Source: an uncultured virus (IMG/VR IMGVR_UViG_3300024518_000036) (Duplodnaviria > Heunggongvirae > Uroviricota > Caudoviricetes). From it: a DNA stretch of 25,746 bases. How positions within the stretch are numbered: position 1 is the first letter of the stretch; every line of letters starts with the position of its first letter. The notes under the pieces were generated by a model. The model made no database searches. It worked only from the letters and a program-made list of their open reading frames with translations, and was not told the origin of the DNA. Position numbers and translations under genes: made by a program. Below are positions 17,749 through 25,674 of this stretch, in pieces. The stretch lies in the IMG/VR virus record IMGVR_UViG_3300024518_000036. One strand, 5' to 3'.

Positions 17749-18058
17749 AAAGTACCTCATTCCACTCCTGGTCGGTGTCGGCCTCCTCGTTTTGGTCCTC
17801 GTTGCTGGAGCCCTGCTGTTCAATGGCCAAGAAGAGGGAGCAGGGGGGCTGGCGGCGCTCGCTGCCGTCATAGCTGAGGTAGCTCGTAGGCGACGCGCAG
17901 CAGCAAGAAAGGAGCTGGACGAGGTTGCCGAAGAGGCCGAGGAAGACATTACGCAAGCAGAAGACCTCCAGGCAAGCGTGGATGAAGCCGGCGAAGCGAT
18001 AGACGCTGTTGTCGAAGAAACTACGCTGGATGATCTCGTTGACGAGGAAAACGAGTGA
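17741..18058 (+). CDS. membrane-anchored protein with acidic coiled coil
   Basis: N-terminal TM segment YLIPLLVGVGLLVLVLVAGALLF; overlaps both neighbours. Confidence 0.65.
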   Translation: MGKKYLIPLLVGVGLLVLVLVAGALLFNGQEEGAGGLAALAAVIAEVARRRRAAARKELDEVAEEAEEDITQAEDLQASVDEAGEAIDAVVEETTLDDLVDEENE

Positions 18059-18477
18059 TCCTCCTTCTCCTCACAGCCCTGGCCTTTGCAGACGACGAGA
18101 TTCACGCCGTCAACGAGGGGGAAACCGTCGAGGTCTCTGGGCCTGCTGTCTGGATGACTGAAGACCGATTCCGGCTCTACGTGGCCGACTCTCGGAAGCT
18201 ACCGGTCTGCACCGAGGCGCTGGACAAGGCCATCGACTTGAGCATCGAGGCCAACGAGCGGGCTTTGAAGGCGCGCGAGATCGCAATCGCGGAGTTCGAG
18301 GAAGATGAAGCTCTCATCGACGAGCAGGTTCAGACCATCGCTGAGTTGACCGTGAGGGTCGACGATTTGGCGGACAAGGTGACTCGGGTGCGGGCTCAGC
18401 GGAACGTGGCCTGGGGCATTTCTGGCGGGTTCATTGCAGCTTCGGTAGCGGCAACGGTCCTTACACTCAGCAACTAG
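18055..18477 (+). CDS. exported coiled-coil protein with C-terminal TM segment (spanin-like topology)
   Basis: GTGA overlap, signal-like MILLLLTALAFA, coiled coil, C-terminal VAWGISGGFIAASVAATVLTL. Confidence 0.65.
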   Translation: MILLLLTALAFADDEIHAVNEGETVEVSGPAVWMTEDRFRLYVADSRKLPVCTEALDKAIDLSIEANERALKAREIAIAEFEEDEALIDEQVQTIAELTVRVDDLADKVTRVRAQRNVAWGISGGFIAASVAATVLTLSN

Positions 18478-19032
18478 CTAGTAGTCGTCGTCTGGGTGTT
18501 CGTAGTCACCGAGCATCTCGTTCAACTCGTCTTCCAGAATCTCGTACATAGCTTGCCGAAACGCCTGCTTCTGGGCAGCGTTGAGGCGCTGGGCTTGGTG
18601 GTAAGCTGCTAGGGACATCTTCAGGGTGATGAGAATATTCCCTGCCCTGGAGGACTTGGTGGAGCTGCGGACGTACTGCTCGGCAAGCAGACGGCCGGCG
18701 TAGGCGTTCGCCACGGTGTTGGCGAAGTCATAGGCTCCATTGACGACGCCCTGTGCGAAGTTGAAAAGCTCCTCCCAGTTGCCTCCGAACCTGAACCCTC
18801 GGGTTGTGTTGGGGTCATTTGCTTTGGGCCAGACCCCCGAAGGCGCAGGATTACCTCCGTTTTCCTCCCGCTCCTTTCCTTTCAGGTAGGCTGCAGCAGC
18901 CTTCTCAACACCTGGGTGGTCGGCACGCATCTTGCGAAGGATGCGGGCTGCGTTGTCCCGCTCGCCGGGATCTCCTTGGTCGGCCAAAGCCTTGACTTTC
19001 AGGTACTTGAGAATGGTGCTTGTAAAGGGCAT
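18478..19032 (-). CDS. hypothetical protein with DUF2786-like N-terminus
   Basis: MPFTSTILKYLKVKALADQGDPGERDNAARILRKM; converges stop-to-stop with 18477. Confidence 0.6.
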   Translation of the reverse strand: MPFTSTILKYLKVKALADQGDPGERDNAARILRKMRADHPGVEKAAAAYLKGKEREENGGNPAPSGVWPKANDPNTTRGFRFGGNWEELFNFAQGVVNGAYDFANTVANAYAGRLLAEQYVRSSTKSSRAGNILITLKMSLAAYHQAQRLNAAQKQAFRQAMYEILEDELNEMLGDYEHPDDDY

Positions 19033-19054
19033 ATCAGAAATCTCATCTAAGCTC

Positions 19055-19068
19055 TTGCCAACTGGCAA
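19055..19068. promoter_or_regulatory. perfect palindrome TTGCCA-AC-TGGCAA in divergent intergenic region
   Basis: Between the divergent genes starting at 19032 (-) and 19134 (+); each half-site resembles a -35 hexamer. Confidence 0.5.
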
Positions 19069-19133
19069 ACACTCTTGCTATCACCGTATTACGGCTGGTC
19101 GGTCCCAAGGTCAGAACCGTGGAGGTAACAGGA

Positions 19134-19460
19134 ATGTCGAACAGGTACAGGATTGCACGAGCAATGAGCAGAGAAAAGTATGAGGAGGTGGTTCGAGAGG
19201 ACGAAGCGCTTTTGGGTCTCTTCGGGCTTCGTCTTCTCTCCGTCCACAGCGGGGTCCGAGCTGCCGTGGAGGACGAAATCAAGGAGGATCGAATCAACCC
19301 GTGGAACGTGGTGAGCATTGACGAGAAGACCTGGACCTGGCTTCGCCCACTTCTCTGCCGCCTTCGGACCTCCGAGGCCCGCTCTGCTTTGGCTGTAGTC
19401 CCTGTGGTTCAAGCGACCCTTCGCGGTGAAGAGGAAAAGATCATCCTCTCGGCCAAGTAG
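19134..19460 (+). CDS. hypothetical protein
   Basis: GGAGG RBS before ATG 19134. Confidence 0.65.
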   Translation: MSNRYRIARAMSREKYEEVVREDEALLGLFGLRLLSVHSGVRAAVEDEIKEDRINPWNVVSIDEKTWTWLRPLLCRLRTSEARSALAVVPVVQATLRGEEEKIILSAK

Positions 19461-19464
19461 CGTC

Positions 19465-21657
19465 TCAGCCGGTCTTGAGCACGTGGACGAATTCGTCGAT
19501 GATGGCAGCCACTTCGGTCGGTCCCATCCCCCGCACGTGAACGAAGCGGGCGATGGCCTTACAGGTAGGACAGCTGTCACCTTCCTTAATGGGGTGGTAG
19601 CTCCTTTCAGCCTCACTTTTCAGTATGAGGTTGCCTCGGCGGTTGAGCCGCCACTTCTGTCCGATGAGGTCCTGAACTGCACGGCTGGTGCTTGGGTGCC
19701 GAACGCCTGAGACGTCCATGCGTCCCAAGAGCCTCTCGGGTTGGGTACGCACGACTTTGTACCCCATGTGCATCCGGATGAGGTCTGCCTTGGCCTGGCC
19801 AGCCTCCCCTGCTGCCTCCATATTGGCCAGGTGGTCATCCAGCCACTTACGACGGGCGTCGTGGAGAGCTTCCGTTCCCTCACCGCGCCTGTACTCCACC
19901 TGTTCTTCTGCACTCATTGGGTGTGTGTGCCAGAGGTCGGCAGCATCCAAGCTCGAAAGACCGAGGGCCGCCTTGTCTTCCGTGCGGTGCTTGTTTCTCA
20001 CTTCTCGGGCGAGGGTCTCGATGCTTTCGTTGAACCCAGCAGCCGTCTCGTCGAAGCGGTCAGTGAAGACCAGCTCACCGCTAGATGATCGGGTGACGAA
20101 CCCCAGATTCTTTCCTGGTCCCGTGAGCCAGTTCTTCGCGACTTCGCCTATGCGATCCTCTTGGAGGCCGAGACTTCTCATGAGGCGCCAAATCCTAGCG
20201 CTGTAGGCTTTCCGCAGGGAGGTTTCGGCGCGGTCTCGCAGCTTCTTCTCCCTCTCTGCCCACTTCTGGGCATCACCAAATCCCGGCGTCGCCCTGCGGA
20301 GCTGGATCGTGGCCGCTGCCATTGCACCGGCTCGGCCCTTCAGCACTTGGGCTTCGATATGGCGCGGTACATACCGATCCTTCCCGATGCCAGGAAGCTC
20401 CACCTCAATCCGCTGCCCTCTGATCTTGATGTGGGGCTCGGGATCGTCAGCGGTTCCCAGAAACGGCTGCAGCATCGTGTTCAGCACCTGAAGGCCTGAC
20501 GGGTAGTAACGGCTGTTCCCGTCCGGCCAGGTCTTGTTGTCGGCCGCCTGGAGCTTTCGTTTCAGGGCTTCAACTTGCTTCTTCAGTCCCTTTCTGGCGT
20601 CGGGGTGGACCATCGCAATCCGGGGCTCTATCTGACGCAGTTCCTGATCTAGCCTGTAGGCAAGTTGAAGATCTTCCTTTCCGGAGTTGAAGGCTTCAAC
20701 AGCTTTCTGGTGCTGCCCCTCGTAAGTCCAGCCTGCAATGGAGTGCCACTCCCAGTTCAGTGGATCCAGCCCGTGCTGTGCTCTCAGCTCTTGCTTGTCG
20801 GTATGGTACGCTTTCGCGAGGAACCTCTTGACCGTGCCCGCCTGGGCCAACGCGACGTCTCGGGGACCGTCAGGCCGAATGAAGTTCGGCACGACCTTCT
20901 TGTCTTCTTCTTCTTCCTCTTCCTCTTTGGGTCGAGGAGCTGCTCTGACTGGAGCTGCTCTGACTGGTCGAAGCTTGCGCTTCTTGCGCTTCTTCTTCTT
21001 GCGTACTTCGGGCTCCGGCCGGCGCTCGTCAAACTCACGTTCTTCCAAGACAGCATTGAGGAGCCTTACAACGGACAGCGGTGGCATATTGAGCTTAAAG
21101 GCCAGGTCCTGAATACCTGATGCCCTCGCGGTGAATCGAGTGGGCAGCGTCGGAAGACTGTTGATGAACTCCCGAGCAGCTCCTTTCCTCTTCTCGTCTG
21201 CTTCGGCGAGCTGGGCGTTCCTCAGCTTCCGTGCCAGAACCTGGATTTCCCGTTCCAGCCAGATGATGCCAGCGTCCACCTCTGCACTTCGAGGCTGGCT
21301 CCTCAACTCCTGGAGCGACTCTTTCGCCTCGCTGATCTGAAGGGACAGCGTGGCGGCTCGACCCGATGGGTTCTTCTTCGCCCCCCCGAGGCGGCTCAGG
21401 ACTTCCAGTTCGGTCAGCGGGCGCAGGACGTGCGTGGGGTACTCAACGTCTTGGTACTTGTAGCGAGACAGCACTTCTCCATCGAGAATCATCCAACGCA
21501 GGCGCACAGTCATCGGCGCGTCAGTCGCCGGCCCAAATGGTACCAGGGGCCCGCTACGGATGATCAGGGCAAGATCATCGCTGTGGTCTCGCCACGCGAC
21601 ATAAGTTCCGACCGGAAGAGGGTTCCCAGTTGTCCATGGCGTCCAAGAGGAGTTCAT
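19465..21657 (-). CDS. large hypothetical protein (730 aa) with basic/acidic low-complexity linker
   Basis: Long ORF with RKKKKRKKRKLRPVRAAPVRAAPRPKEEEEEEDKK, coiled coils and a terminal CPTC. Confidence 0.75.
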   Translation of the reverse strand: MNSSWTPWTTGNPLPVGTYVAWRDHSDDLALIIRSGPLVPFGPATDAPMTVRLRWMILDGEVLSRYKYQDVEYPTHVLRPLTELEVLSRLGGAKKNPSGRAATLSLQISEAKESLQELRSQPRSAEVDAGIIWLEREIQVLARKLRNAQLAEADEKRKGAAREFINSLPTLPTRFTARASGIQDLAFKLNMPPLSVVRLLNAVLEEREFDERRPEPEVRKKKKRKKRKLRPVRAAPVRAAPRPKEEEEEEEDKKVVPNFIRPDGPRDVALAQAGTVKRFLAKAYHTDKQELRAQHGLDPLNWEWHSIAGWTYEGQHQKAVEAFNSGKEDLQLAYRLDQELRQIEPRIAMVHPDARKGLKKQVEALKRKLQAADNKTWPDGNSRYYPSGLQVLNTMLQPFLGTADDPEPHIKIRGQRIEVELPGIGKDRYVPRHIEAQVLKGRAGAMAAATIQLRRATPGFGDAQKWAEREKKLRDRAETSLRKAYSARIWRLMRSLGLQEDRIGEVAKNWLTGPGKNLGFVTRSSSGELVFTDRFDETAAGFNESIETLAREVRNKHRTEDKAALGLSSLDAADLWHTHPMSAEEQVEYRRGEGTEALHDARRKWLDDHLANMEAAGEAGQAKADLIRMHMGYKVVRTQPERLLGRMDVSGVRHPSTSRAVQDLIGQKWRLNRRGNLILKSEAERSYHPIKEGDSCPTCKAIARFVHVRGMGPTEVAAIIDEFVHVLKTG

Positions 21658-21708
21658 GGGTCCAGAGTAGCCCTTCGGGCTCTCTGAAGGGACGAGATGG
21701 CCGAAACT

Positions 21709-21733
21709 GGGTGCTACCTACCGGGTGCTACCG
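21709..21733 (-). promoter_or_regulatory. tandem pair of GTAGCACCC motifs upstream of the 730-aa gene
   Basis: GGGTGCTACC at 21709 and 21723 on the + strand. Confidence 0.45.
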
Positions 21734-21955
21734 ACGAACCAGAGCAACCCGTTACCAACAACACGCGCAGGGGTCGCGCACTCGTGCACGCGAGGAGATC
21801 AGCGAAAAGCATGGTTCCAGCGTGCTTTCCGCAGTGTTACTGAAATAATGTATTTCCGTAACTCTCCCCAAGGGTCGGTCGGTCTCCACGGGGGATCGCG
21901 TGAAGGATGAGTCGAAAACGACGGCTAATCGCCTCAACACCCCTTTGGGGTGCTT

Positions 21956-21964
21956 GTAGCACCC
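21956..21964 (+). promoter_or_regulatory. conserved upstream motif GTAGCACCC
   Basis: Upstream of 22035; right arm of the hairpin GGGTGCT-TGT-AGCACCC; TAGAAT lies downstream. Confidence 0.4.
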
Positions 21965-22034
21965 TACGACTCCCGATCTCCTTTCTCCCCTCCGGGGAAA
22001 AGGCTAGAATGGTGGTCAGGAAAGGAGCTGACTC

Positions 22035-22562
22035 ATGGCAGGCCTCACCTATCCCCCCTCAGTGTCTGGGTATTCTTTCCCCTCGGGCGGTGGTGGCGGC
22101 GGTGCAGTTGAAGACATCCAGATCCAGTACGCGCATGGGGATCGAAATGTCGAGCAAACGCTCACGTTGGTCAATATCCTCGTCGGAGCAGGGCTGCCTT
22201 CGCAAATGCTGACCGAGCAGCTCAACACCTTCTACTGGAACTTTAGAGCGCTCGACGGCACCGAGTACCTACAGGTTGCATTTACGGAGACCGTGCGCCT
22301 GGAGGGGATCGTGTACGAGCAGTCCGACGGATCGGATCAGGGGATCTGGTCGATAGAGACTCTTTCAGGCGGGATTTACACGGCTCAGGCGGCCAACGTG
22401 CAGATGGGCCTCGGCACCGCGAGTTCCCTGGTGTGGGCAAACACCTGGCTCATCGACGCAGCAAATCAAGCGGATTGTGACGGATACCGGATCCGGGGCG
22501 TGTCAGGATCGATCACCAATGGACCCTGGCGAAACAATCTTCGCGCCTATGTGACCAAGTAA
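22035..22562 (+). CDS. hypothetical protein (beta-rich, possible virion protein)
   Basis: Preceded by GGAAAGGAGCTGACTC, identical to the RBS region of 23536; poly-Gly linker. Confidence 0.7.
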   Translation: MAGLTYPPSVSGYSFPSGGGGGGAVEDIQIQYAHGDRNVEQTLTLVNILVGAGLPSQMLTEQLNTFYWNFRALDGTEYLQVAFTETVRLEGIVYEQSDGSDQGIWSIETLSGGIYTAQAANVQMGLGTASSLVWANTWLIDAANQADCDGYRIRGVSGSITNGPWRNNLRAYVTK

Positions 22563-22840
22563 TGGCACGCACCAAAATAGACAGCGGCTGGCTCTGGACG
22601 TGCGACATCGCCGGATGCGACGAGGAGACCACGACCGGACCGACCGAGGGGTGTCCTGCGACTTGGCGCTTTGTACCGCGTCTGAACGAGGGCGGCCCGC
22701 CGACGTGGACGGCGTGCCCCGATCATGTGGCGCCCCTTGACGCGCATGCTGAGGTCAGGATCGCGTGGCGGATCGCTGCCGGCGACGATCCCGAGGGTTA
22801 TGCCATTTCCAATCCGATGGCTGATCCGCCTTGGGTGTAA
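22562..22840 (+). CDS. small putative Zn-binding protein
   Basis: TAATG overlap; TCDIAGC...CP...CPDH. Confidence 0.65.
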   Translation: MARTKIDSGWLWTCDIAGCDEETTTGPTEGCPATWRFVPRLNEGGPPTWTACPDHVAPLDAHAEVRIAWRIAAGDDPEGYAISNPMADPPWV

Positions 22841-22844
22841 ACTT

Positions 22845-23023
22845 TGACCCCAACATCGCCCGCGACGCCATTCACCTAGCGAAAGGAGCTGATCTCATGG
22901 CCGGTAGACCTGGACCTACGTACAAAGAGCTGATGGAGATGGCGCGCAAGTACCAGGTTCGGCTGAGCCCTTCTTCGGCTCCAGCTTCTGCTCCAGCTTC
23001 TGTTGCGCCTCGGTCGACTCCTG
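22845..23023 (+). repeat. cassette junction/leader repeat, copy 1
   Basis: 22845-22873 is identical to 23484-23512; RBS and leader similarity continues to 23023. Confidence 0.9.
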
Positions 23024-23532
23024 TTGCGACTGGCCTCACTGTGGTCGGCGAAGCAGATAAGGATGGCAACAGCGTCGTCGAGTTCCGAGTACGTATGGCT
23101 GCTTCCTCACCTCTGTCTCTGCTGGTTTACAAGACTTCGATCCGGGACCCGCGGCACGCCTCAGCGTCGGCGACATCGGAGGTCATCGTGCTGGCAGATC
23201 AAGGGCCCCGTTCATTCGACGGCCCATTTGGTGCCGGGATAGGCATGGCCTTGCTCCACGCTGGAGGGGGGTTTTTCGGTCCAGGCGCCAAATACCGATG
23301 GCACGATTTGGGCGACCTCGCGCCCGCGCCCCAAGACACGGCCGAAGGGCTCCAGGACCTGTTGGATCAGTACCGCTACGGTCACCACGGGGAGTACGGC
23401 CAACATAAGAGCGTCGGCCGCGAGCAAACCGCTCCGGTCCTTCGTTGGGTTTCGGAAGCGGTGGCCGGGAAGTGGCCTGTTGGTGACCCCAACATCGCCC
23501 GCGACGCCATTCGATTAGCGGAAAGGAGCTGA
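22897..23532 (+). CDS. leader-family protein A (shared leader lacking the Arg block, plus shared C-terminal domain)
   Basis: AAAGGAG RBS; MAGRPGPTYKELMEMARKYQVRLSPS; C-terminal domain homologous to protein B. Confidence 0.75.
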   Translation: MAGRPGPTYKELMEMARKYQVRLSPSSAPASAPASVAPRSTPVATGLTVVGEADKDGNSVVEFRVRMAASSPLSLLVYKTSIRDPRHASASATSEVIVLADQGPRSFDGPFGAGIGMALLHAGGGFFGPGAKYRWHDLGDLAPAPQDTAEGLQDLLDQYRYGHHGEYGQHKSVGREQTAPVLRWVSEAVAGKWPVGDPNIARDAIRLAERS

Positions 23533-23713
23533 CTCATGGCCGGTAGACCTCGTAGGCGCGCACGTCGAAGAAACGCGCGGAAGAACAGGGCTCGAAGGAA
23601 TGCGAAGCCTACATATGAAGAGCTGATGGAGAGGGCTCGCAAGTACCAGGTTCGGCTGAGCCCTTCGGGAGAGCCGACGGCTCCAGCTTCTGTTGCGCCT
23701 CGGTCAACTCCTG
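23484..23713 (+). repeat. cassette junction/leader repeat, copy 2
   Basis: Gene A end + RBS + full Arg-rich leader of gene B. Confidence 0.9.
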
Positions 23714-24999
23714 CTCCTGCGCCAAGCTCGGCGACACCGGGGGTCTATCGACCCGACTCCGCAGAAGAGAAGGTACGGTGGAGCGAGCAGATAGCGAAAG
23801 AAGCAGGTGCGCTTCTCACAGGCATGGGTCTCTACACGACCGTTGGCAGTGAGAAACTGGGCAATGTCCAGGATTGGAGCCCAGATCAATGGAAAAACAG
23901 ACCTGTCAGGGGGACTGTGAAGTTCTTGTTTTCTCCGGCCAAGCTTGCCTACGTTCAGGGACCGAACCTGCACGGCGACGATTGTCCAGACTACCCGATA
24001 CCTGTAAAGCACATTGGCGGGGCCGACGTGTGGATCTCAGGGAAGTTGTGGTTTTCCTCATCAACAAAACGCCAGCTGAAGGTGGAGATCAACATGAGGG
24101 CGGGGGCTCAACGCCCGTTTCCCCCGGGGGCATGGGGAACCCTAACAGAAGCCTACGGAATGGATGGCGGGAGAAAAGCTCTTCATCGCGTGAACCAGAG
24201 TTTACAGACACGCCAGAAGACGGCCGGGGTAGAGTGCTCTTGGCGGCGTAATGTTATTTGCACCCGAGAGCGGTGGGGTGCCCTCCACGGATCCTATGGG
24301 GGTCCTCACGAGTACGCTTTGGCCGAGCACGGGGACGATACGACCATCCTCCGACGACGCTTGCTTCTTTTTTGCCAGCAAGTCGAACACGCTGTTTCTG
24401 TTTCGGCCCTCTCCCCTCTCGTGAAGGAGTTGGATCAACTCTATCTCGGCATCACGGCGGCCGTAGCCGAAGCGAAGAAAGGGACTACTGGCGCTGTTCC
24501 CGTTGGGCTTACTGAGATCGGTAAGAACAGTGATAGCCACGAGTTCGATTCGGGCGACCACATGGAGGACGAAGTCATCGAGTTCCAGGTCGATTTGAAG
24601 GGAGCTGCTTCCTCACCCCTGTATCTGCTGATCTACACGAAAAGCGCGGGCGGCGGCATGGGAGGAGGCACTGTCAATCTCGTCTTGTTGACGGATAAAG
24701 GAAAACCGATCGGCATGGCCTTGTTCGGTTACTCGGGCGAAGGTCACCCATATCTGGCTGACTTAGTGCCTCGGGTCAGCCAAGACACGGAATCTGGCCT
24801 CGCTGTCCTGGCGGGTCTCAGGAAGTCCGATTGGCGGGTTGGAGATTTGAGGGGCTACGACAACCGCTTTGCTCCACGACACCTTTCGGGGATCCTCCAC
24901 TGGGTTTCGGAGGCGTTGGCAGGGAAGTGGCCTGTTGTTGCTACCGGCGACGCCAACCGTGCCGTTCGATTAGCTGCGGGAGCCCCTGATGGCAGGTAG
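23536..24999 (+). CDS. leader-family protein B (Arg-rich leader, unique middle, shared C-terminal domain)
   Basis: 487 aa; MAGRPRRRARRRNARKNRARRNAKPTYEELMERARKYQVRLSPS. Confidence 0.8.
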   Translation: MAGRPRRRARRRNARKNRARRNAKPTYEELMERARKYQVRLSPSGEPTAPASVAPRSTPAPAPSSATPGVYRPDSAEEKVRWSEQIAKEAGALLTGMGLYTTVGSEKLGNVQDWSPDQWKNRPVRGTVKFLFSPAKLAYVQGPNLHGDDCPDYPIPVKHIGGADVWISGKLWFSSSTKRQLKVEINMRAGAQRPFPPGAWGTLTEAYGMDGGRKALHRVNQSLQTRQKTAGVECSWRRNVICTRERWGALHGSYGGPHEYALAEHGDDTTILRRRLLLFCQQVEHAVSVSALSPLVKELDQLYLGITAAVAEAKKGTTGAVPVGLTEIGKNSDSHEFDSGDHMEDEVIEFQVDLKGAASSPLYLLIYTKSAGGGMGGGTVNLVLLTDKGKPIGMALFGYSGEGHPYLADLVPRVSQDTESGLAVLAGLRKSDWRVGDLRGYDNRFAPRHLSGILHWVSEALAGKWPVVATGDANRAVRLAAGAPDGR

Positions 25000-25117
25000 A
25001 CCTCGTAGGCGAGCACGTCGAAGAAACGCGCGGAAGAACGCCGCGAAGCCTACGTACAAAGAGCTGATGGAGATGGCTCAACAGTACCAGGTTCGGCTGA
25101 GTCCTTCGGGAGAGCCG
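24901..25117 (+). repeat. cassette junction/leader repeat, copy 3
   Basis: TGGGTTTCGGA..GGGAAGTGGCCTGTTG gene end as in gene A, followed by the leader of gene C. Confidence 0.85.
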
Positions 25118-25597
25118 GAGCCGGAGCCGAAGCCAACGCCGAAGCCCAAGCCGGAGCCGAAGCCGCCCCTGGTGTCGACGTATGTGACGTTCCCCAATGC
25201 GCAGGGCCAAGCCCGCGCCCTCACGGTGCCGTCCCACCCCCGCGAGGGGTGGCCTGTCGGGTATAGGGGCTTGCGGGCTGACGATGATCCTACTCGGGGA
25301 TCCCACGATCTAAACAGACGGGGGCTTGGCCCCGGCCAAGCGTGGGTCTGGGGGCCCTTTCCTGGGGTAGATGACCTCTTTGGCATTCACCGGCAGTACA
25401 TCTCCTACGATGGAGACAACAACTACGTCGAGCACCACCATGGGGTCAGAAGGTTCCCCGGTCTGAGCAGAGAGGAAGTCGTAGCGAAGGTCAAGAGAGA
25501 AACGCGCGATCAGTTTGAGGTGACCGAGATCCAAGGCATCAGCGAGACCCGCAGGACGAAGTATTCAGATCCCACACTCGCGTATTGGTCAAGGTGA
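24989..25597 (+). CDS. leader-family protein C (Arg-rich leader, PEPK linker, unrelated body)
   Basis: 202 aa; MAGRPRRRARRRNARKNAAKPTYKELMEMAQQYQVRLSPSGEPEPEPKPTPKPKPEPKP. Confidence 0.8.
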   Translation: MAGRPRRRARRRNARKNAAKPTYKELMEMAQQYQVRLSPSGEPEPEPKPTPKPKPEPKPPLVSTYVTFPNAQGQARALTVPSHPREGWPVGYRGLRADDDPTRGSHDLNRRGLGPGQAWVWGPFPGVDDLFGIHRQYISYDGDNNYVEHHHGVRRFPGLSREEVVAKVKRETRDQFEVTEIQGISETRRTKYSDPTLAYWSR

Positions 25598-25609
25598 CTT
25601 AATGGGGAC

Positions 25610-25674
25610 AAAGGAGCTGACTCATGGCCGGTAGACCTCGACGACGCGCACGTCGAAGAAACGCGCGGAAGAAC
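25610..25674 (+). repeat. leader repeat, copy 4
   Basis: AAAGGAGCTGACTCATGGCCGGTAGACCTCG...CGTCGAAGAAACGCGCGGAAGAAC. Confidence 0.9.

Noticed and set aside
19063..19078. Sigma-54 promoter TGGCA...TTGC
   Set aside because: The GG-GC spacing is 11 rather than the required 10 nt.
22831..22896. TTG-start N-terminal extension of protein A
   Set aside because: It is better explained as the orphan gene-end repeat; the RBS and paralog starts indicate ATG 22897.
22845..25674. CRISPR array, integron attC sites or DGR template/variable repeats as the explanation of the repeats
   Set aside because: The repeats are protein-coding, unevenly spaced and not palindromic. No reverse transcriptase or integrase is in the window, and the mismatches do not appear adenine-specific.
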